Below, in pieces: positions 59,817 to 64,000 of a DNA stretch of 64,000 nt (the stretch's first letter is position 1; every line of letters starts with the position of its first letter). Made by a program: the position numbers and the translations under genes. Origin of the DNA: Candidatus Methanomethylicia archaeon (GTDB lineage Archaea; Thermoproteota; Methanomethylicia; CALHIW01). The stretch lies in the NCBI GenBank assembly GCA_038845975.1, contig JAWBQF010000012.1:1-64000 (forward strand), written 5' to 3'. The notes below the pieces were generated by a model. That model saw nothing but the letters and a program-made list of their open reading frames with translations, had not been told where the DNA came from and searched no databases.

Positions 59817-60758
59817 ATGGTAAGAGATATTAAAACTATTTCATGTATTGGTGCTGGAACAATTGGGCATTCCTGGGCTTTACTGTTTTCAAAAAGTGGT
59901 TTTAACGTTAATCTCTACGATGTAGATAGTGATGTTTTAAAGAGAGCACTTCAAAACATAGAGTATAATCTTCAAACCTTAAGTGAGGCGGGCATTGTAG
60001 ATAGAGACTGTATTGAAGGCATTATGGGTAGAATTAAGGTATATACGGATTTAGCTAAATCTGTTAGGGATGCTGACTATATTCAGGAGTCAGCTCCTGA
60101 AAACCTAGATCTTAAGAAGAAGCTTTTCATTGAAATTAGTAAAAACTGTCCAGTCCATGCCATAATAGCTAGTAGTTCATCCACTTTACCAATAAGTAAA
60201 ATTGCAGAGGGATTAGAAGATCCTAGTAGATGTATAGTTGTACATCCTATTAATCCTCCACATATCATACCTCTTGTTGAGCTTATTCCCAGTCCGAAAA
60301 CACTTAGTGAAGTTACTCAGACAGTTTACAATTTATGTTTAAGGATAGGTATGATGCCTATTATTGTTAGAAAGGAGGTTCCAGGATATGTTGTTAATAG
60401 ACTTCAATTCTCTATTCTCCGTGAAGCAATAGATCTTGTGCTTAAAGGAGTTGTATCCGTTGAAGATATTGATAAGGCTATTAGTTATGGTTTAGGTCTT
60501 AGATGGGCTTTAATGGGGCCATTCCTAGTTTTCCATCTAACATCAGTTCCAGGAGGAATAGCAGCTACATTATCCAAGTATAGAGAAGCTTTCGAGTATG
60601 TTTTTAGAGATTTAGCTACATGGACTGAAATTCCTAGTGAAGCATATAAGGCTTTACCTGAAGGATTAAAAATGGAGATAGGTAGTAGAGATCAATATGA
60701 GCTTATAAAGTGGAGAGATAGAAAAATCCTAGAGATCCTAAAGATTAAAAAAAGCTAA
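59817..60758 (+). CDS. 3-hydroxyacyl-CoA dehydrogenase family protein (L-gulonate/carnitine dehydrogenase-like)
   Basis: GAGTIG.SW, QESAPE, SSSS, HPINPPHIIPLVE, NRLQ, GLGLRWA.MGP; ATG 59817 (ORF-track start 59808). Confidence 0.87.
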   Translation: MVRDIKTISCIGAGTIGHSWALLFSKSGFNVNLYDVDSDVLKRALQNIEYNLQTLSEAGIVDRDCIEGIMGRIKVYTDLAKSVRDADYIQESAPENLDLKKKLFIEISKNCPVHAIIASSSSTLPISKIAEGLEDPSRCIVVHPINPPHIIPLVELIPSPKTLSEVTQTVYNLCLRIGMMPIIVRKEVPGYVVNRLQFSILREAIDLVLKGVVSVEDIDKAISYGLGLRWALMGPFLVFHLTSVPGGIAATLSKYREAFEYVFRDLATWTEIPSEAYKALPEGLKMEIGSRDQYELIKWRDRKILEILKIKKS

Positions 60759-60797
60759 TCCTTATATATTTACCCTATTTTATATATTGGTGTTAAT

Positions 60798-62225
60798 TTG
60801 AGAAGTGTTGAGGATTATTTAAATGATCTATTTAGAATGAAGCCTAATATTTACATTGATGGTAGTAGGGTTTCTAGAGATGATTCTAGAATACGTCCTG
60901 GAATAAATGTAATATCTAAAACCTTTGAGATGACTGCAAATCCTGAATATAAAGGTTTAATTATAGCTAAATCTCATCTAACAGGTAGGGAAATAAATAG
61001 ATTTACACATATTGTTCAAGGCCCTGAAGACCTCCTACTAAAACAGAAAATGATAAGGAAACTATGCCATTTAACCGGTGGATGTATTCAGAGATGTATG
61101 GGTTGTGATGCTATAAATGCATTATCAGCTATTACATATCTAACTGATCAGGAACATGGTACTGACTACTATAGGAGATTTATAGAATACTTAAAATATT
61201 TTCAGGAAAGAGATTTAACAGCTGCATGTGCTCAAACAGATGTTAAGGGTGATCGTAGTAAAAGACCATATGAACAGCCAGATCCTGACTCCTATCTCCG
61301 CATTGTGGAGAGGAGAAGTAATGGAGTTATAGTTCGCGGAGCTAAAAACTGTATTACAATAGCTGCCTATGCTGATGAAATTATAGTTGTACCGACAAGA
61401 GCTATGACAGATAAGGAGAAGGAATGGTCTATAGCATTCGCTATACCAGCAGATACTGATGGAGTTAAGCTAATAACAAGATCTACTGCAATGAGACCTA
61501 GAAAAGTATTAAAGGCACCTATAGCAGATATAGGTGTTAGTGATTCATTTATTGTTTTTGATGATGTTTTCATACCTTGGGATAGAGTATTTCTATGTGG
61601 GGAAAATAAATACGCTACAATGCTAGCTCACCTCTTCGCATTATACCATAGACATAGCTATACAGGATGTAAACCAGCTACAACAGACATAGTAATGGGA
61701 GCTACAGCACTAGTATCTGAGTATAATGGGGTTGGTGATGTATGGCATATTAGAGCTAAACTTGCTGATCTTGCTAGCATAGCTGAGCTTGTCTATGCAG
61801 CAGGAGTAGCTTCAGCTATTGAGGGATGGAAGTCTCCATCAGGAACCTTCATACCAAACGAAATCTACGCTAATGTAGGTAGGAGGCATGCAGGTAAAAA
61901 CTATTATCATGAGCTTGAAATACTAGCAGATGTAGCAGGTGGAATACCTGCAACACTACCATACGAGGGAGACTATCTAAATCCGGAAACAAGAAAATAC
62001 ATAGATAAATACATAAAGAGAAGAGTTGATATACCTTCAGAAAATGTTTATAAATGCTTAATGATGATTTCCGATATGTTATGCTCAGCATATAGTGGAG
62101 CTGCAGCAGTAGCAGGTGTACATGGCGGGGGATCACCTGTAATGGAGGAAATAGCTATATGGAGAAGCTATAACTTTGAAGAGAAGAAGAAAATAGCGAA
62201 ATACCTAGCTGGGATAACTAGCTAA
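60798..62225 (+). CDS. 4-hydroxybutyryl-CoA dehydratase / 4-HPA 3-hydroxylase family Fe-S flavoprotein, divergent
   Basis: CIQRC, TDVKGDRS, RGAK, HRHSYTGCK, HGGGSP. Confidence 0.87.
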   Translation: MRSVEDYLNDLFRMKPNIYIDGSRVSRDDSRIRPGINVISKTFEMTANPEYKGLIIAKSHLTGREINRFTHIVQGPEDLLLKQKMIRKLCHLTGGCIQRCMGCDAINALSAITYLTDQEHGTDYYRRFIEYLKYFQERDLTAACAQTDVKGDRSKRPYEQPDPDSYLRIVERRSNGVIVRGAKNCITIAAYADEIIVVPTRAMTDKEKEWSIAFAIPADTDGVKLITRSTAMRPRKVLKAPIADIGVSDSFIVFDDVFIPWDRVFLCGENKYATMLAHLFALYHRHSYTGCKPATTDIVMGATALVSEYNGVGDVWHIRAKLADLASIAELVYAAGVASAIEGWKSPSGTFIPNEIYANVGRRHAGKNYYHELEILADVAGGIPATLPYEGDYLNPETRKYIDKYIKRRVDIPSENVYKCLMMISDMLCSAYSGAAAVAGVHGGGSPVMEEIAIWRSYNFEEKKKIAKYLAGITS

Positions 62226-62351
62226 ACTCCAATTACATATAAGAATTGCCTTCAATAAATTATTTATAGCCTAACTAAAAGATACTATAGATTCTTCTAT
62301 TAAGTAGTTAATAAAACTTATTTTATATGGAGTAATAATCTATACTATAGT

Positions 62352-63251
62352 TTAATGCTTAACTTTGAAGTAGCTATACCATCCACCTTTACTTCCAGGT
62401 TTAAGATTTGGATCTCCAATATAACCTGATAGTACAAGTTTCATTAATGTTAATGGTGGCTTATATTTGGGTTCTCCTAATACACTGTATAGATATTCGC
62501 TTATATGGTAAACAGTATCTAAACCTATTAAATCCATTAGTTGGAATGGACCCATGGGATGATGGAATGCAAGCTTAGTCATTTCATCAATTTCCTTTAT
62601 ACCAGCTATACCTGCCTCAAATATTCTTATTGCCTCAATAAGATATGCTGTAATAAATCTTGTAGTGTAGAATCCAGGTCCATCCCTAGCCTCTATTGGC
62701 GTTTTACCTAGTCTTCTTGAAAGCTCAACAATAAGATTAAAGGTTTCATCAGATGTTAAAGCACCTCTAACAACCTCAATCAATGGCATTACTGGTGCTG
62801 GATTAAACCAATGCATACCAATAAATCGATCCTTACGCTGAACAGCAGATGCTAATTCAGTAATCATTATACCTGAAGTATTTGATGCTAGAATTGTTCG
62901 TTCAGGGCATTTCTCATCAAGAATTCTAAATATCTTCTTCTTTAAATCTACATTTTCAGGTATAGCCTCAATAACAACATCAGCTTCAAAACATAGCTCA
63001 TCATAGCTTAGCGTTATCTTAATTCTAGACATAATATCATTAACCTGATCTACTGTAAGCTTCCCCCTCTCAACAAGTCTCGTAAGTCCGAAGGGGCCAT
63101 TCCTTATTAGCCTTAAAGCATTCTCAAGAATCTCCATATTAACATCTAAAAGATACACGTTAAAACCTGTACGAGCACATACCTGGGCAATACCATGACC
63201 CATAACACCAGCACCAACAACACCTATCTTCCTAACATCATCAACTTTCAA
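62352..63251 (-). CDS. hbd: 3-hydroxybutyryl-CoA dehydrogenase
   Basis: GAGVMG.GIAQ, EA.PE, ASNTS, GMHWFNP, HPMGP..L.D.IGLD; TTG start 63251 after GGTGG (ORF-track start 63362 is too long). Confidence 0.9.
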   Translation of the reverse strand: MKVDDVRKIGVVGAGVMGHGIAQVCARTGFNVYLLDVNMEILENALRLIRNGPFGLTRLVERGKLTVDQVNDIMSRIKITLSYDELCFEADVVIEAIPENVDLKKKIFRILDEKCPERTILASNTSGIMITELASAVQRKDRFIGMHWFNPAPVMPLIEVVRGALTSDETFNLIVELSRRLGKTPIEARDGPGFYTTRFITAYLIEAIRIFEAGIAGIKEIDEMTKLAFHHPMGPFQLMDLIGLDTVYHISEYLYSVLGEPKYKPPLTLMKLVLSGYIGDPNLKPGSKGGWYSYFKVKH

Positions 63252-63729
63252 ACAACCACCACATATACATATAGTATAAGTATTTAAATCTAGCGTGATG
63301 GAGTAAAATACTCTGTAAACTTTAGATATGAGAAGTCCATGTAATTGACGACTTAAGTTCACAAAACGTGAGAAAATACCATAGTATTTTACACCATCTT
63401 GCCAAGTTATAGCCTCAATTTAACATAATCTAAAAATTATATACCATCATAGACATTACCTATAAACAGGATTAAGTAGTTATTATAGGTGTTTTCAAGA
63501 GGATTTTCTACCGTTTATCTTATTAACCAAGCTTTCCTTAATACCTGTTAGCTAATAGAAACTCTAGCCTGAAACTAGTTTACAATGCTTCTAGATGATC
63601 CGTATTACTTAGCTAAAATTGCAAATACTCTATAAGACTTGCTATTTTTCCAATTTTCAATCGCTAATCTACGCTTCATAATGTAACACATTAATAAAAT
63701 ATAAATACTTGTAGAGTTTAATAATCTAC

Positions 63730-64000
63730 ATGACTGAGAAACTTTACTGGCTTAATCCTTATGAGAGAGAGTTTGATGCAAGAGTTTTATCTATATCTGG
63801 GCGAAATGTTGTTTTGGATAGAACATGTTTCTATCCTAGAGGTGGAGGACAGCCTGGAGATACAGGGGAGATAAATGGTATTAGAGTTGTAGATACTGTG
63901 AAGGATGAGGAGGAAAATATAATTCATATTCTCGATGGAGAGCCTAACTTTAAAGTTGGAGATATAGTTCATGGAAGAATAGATTGGGAGAGAAGATATA
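63730..64000 (+). CDS. alaXM: Alanyl-tRNA editing protein AlaX-M (partial, runs off window)
   Basis: MTEKLYW.NPY..EF.A.V...VVLDRTCFYP.GGGQP.DTG...H...IDWERRY. Confidence 0.88.
   Translation, partial: MTEKLYWLNPYEREFDARVLSISGRNVVLDRTCFYPRGGGQPGDTGEINGIRVVDTVKDEEENIIHILDGEPNFKVGDIVHGRIDWERRY

Noticed and set aside
60798-63251. Evidence for an autotrophic 4-hydroxybutyrate cycle
   Set aside because: The dehydratase-like protein lacks canonical catalytic motifs and no other cycle enzymes are in the window.
63252-63362. N-terminal extension of hbd containing CICGGC
   Set aside because: Upstream of the SD-supported TTG start; it covers promoter and repeat-remnant DNA.
1-64000. tRNA/rRNA genes
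   Set aside because: No GC-rich structured segments or tRNA T-loop/acceptor patterns were seen.

Overview
AT-rich archaeal window, most likely a thermophilic TACK/Thermoproteota-type archaeon. This is inferred from the TATA/BRE promoters, GGTG/GGAGG Shine-Dalgarno sites, archaeal AAA ATPases, a CxxxY-type CcmE and AlaX-M. It carries two complete branched-chain amino-acid ABC (liv) operons and a scattered System I* cytochrome c maturation set (ccmAB, ccmC-ccmD-ccmE, ccmF), whose 34-aa ccmD is missing from the ORF track. There are one intact and two decayed VapBC-type toxin-antitoxin pairs, a DsrE-TusA-IscS-IscU sulfur relay, surface/glycan genes, many eroded pseudogenes, and IS6- and IS1595-type remnants. 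The most interesting region is 48.7-55.5 kb. There larC is transcribed divergently from an operon encoding a 2x[4Fe-4S]+BFD ferredoxin, an uncharacterised LarA-like protein, a MoaB/MogA-domain protein and an atypical quinolinate-phosphoribosyltransferase-fold protein. These are followed by a LarA homologue lacking both catalytic histidines, and no larB or larE is present in the window. A probably linked module at 58.6-62.2 kb encodes a cupin, an NAD dehydrogenase and a divergent 4-hydroxybutyryl-CoA-dehydratase-family enzyme. Together these look like an undescribed nickel-pincer-type cofactor/catabolic system. A divergent glycerate-kinase/enolase paralogue pair with rewired active sites is a second candidate pathway. 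I saw no rRNA, tRNA or CRISPR array. All assignments come from reading motifs by eye; no database search was run.
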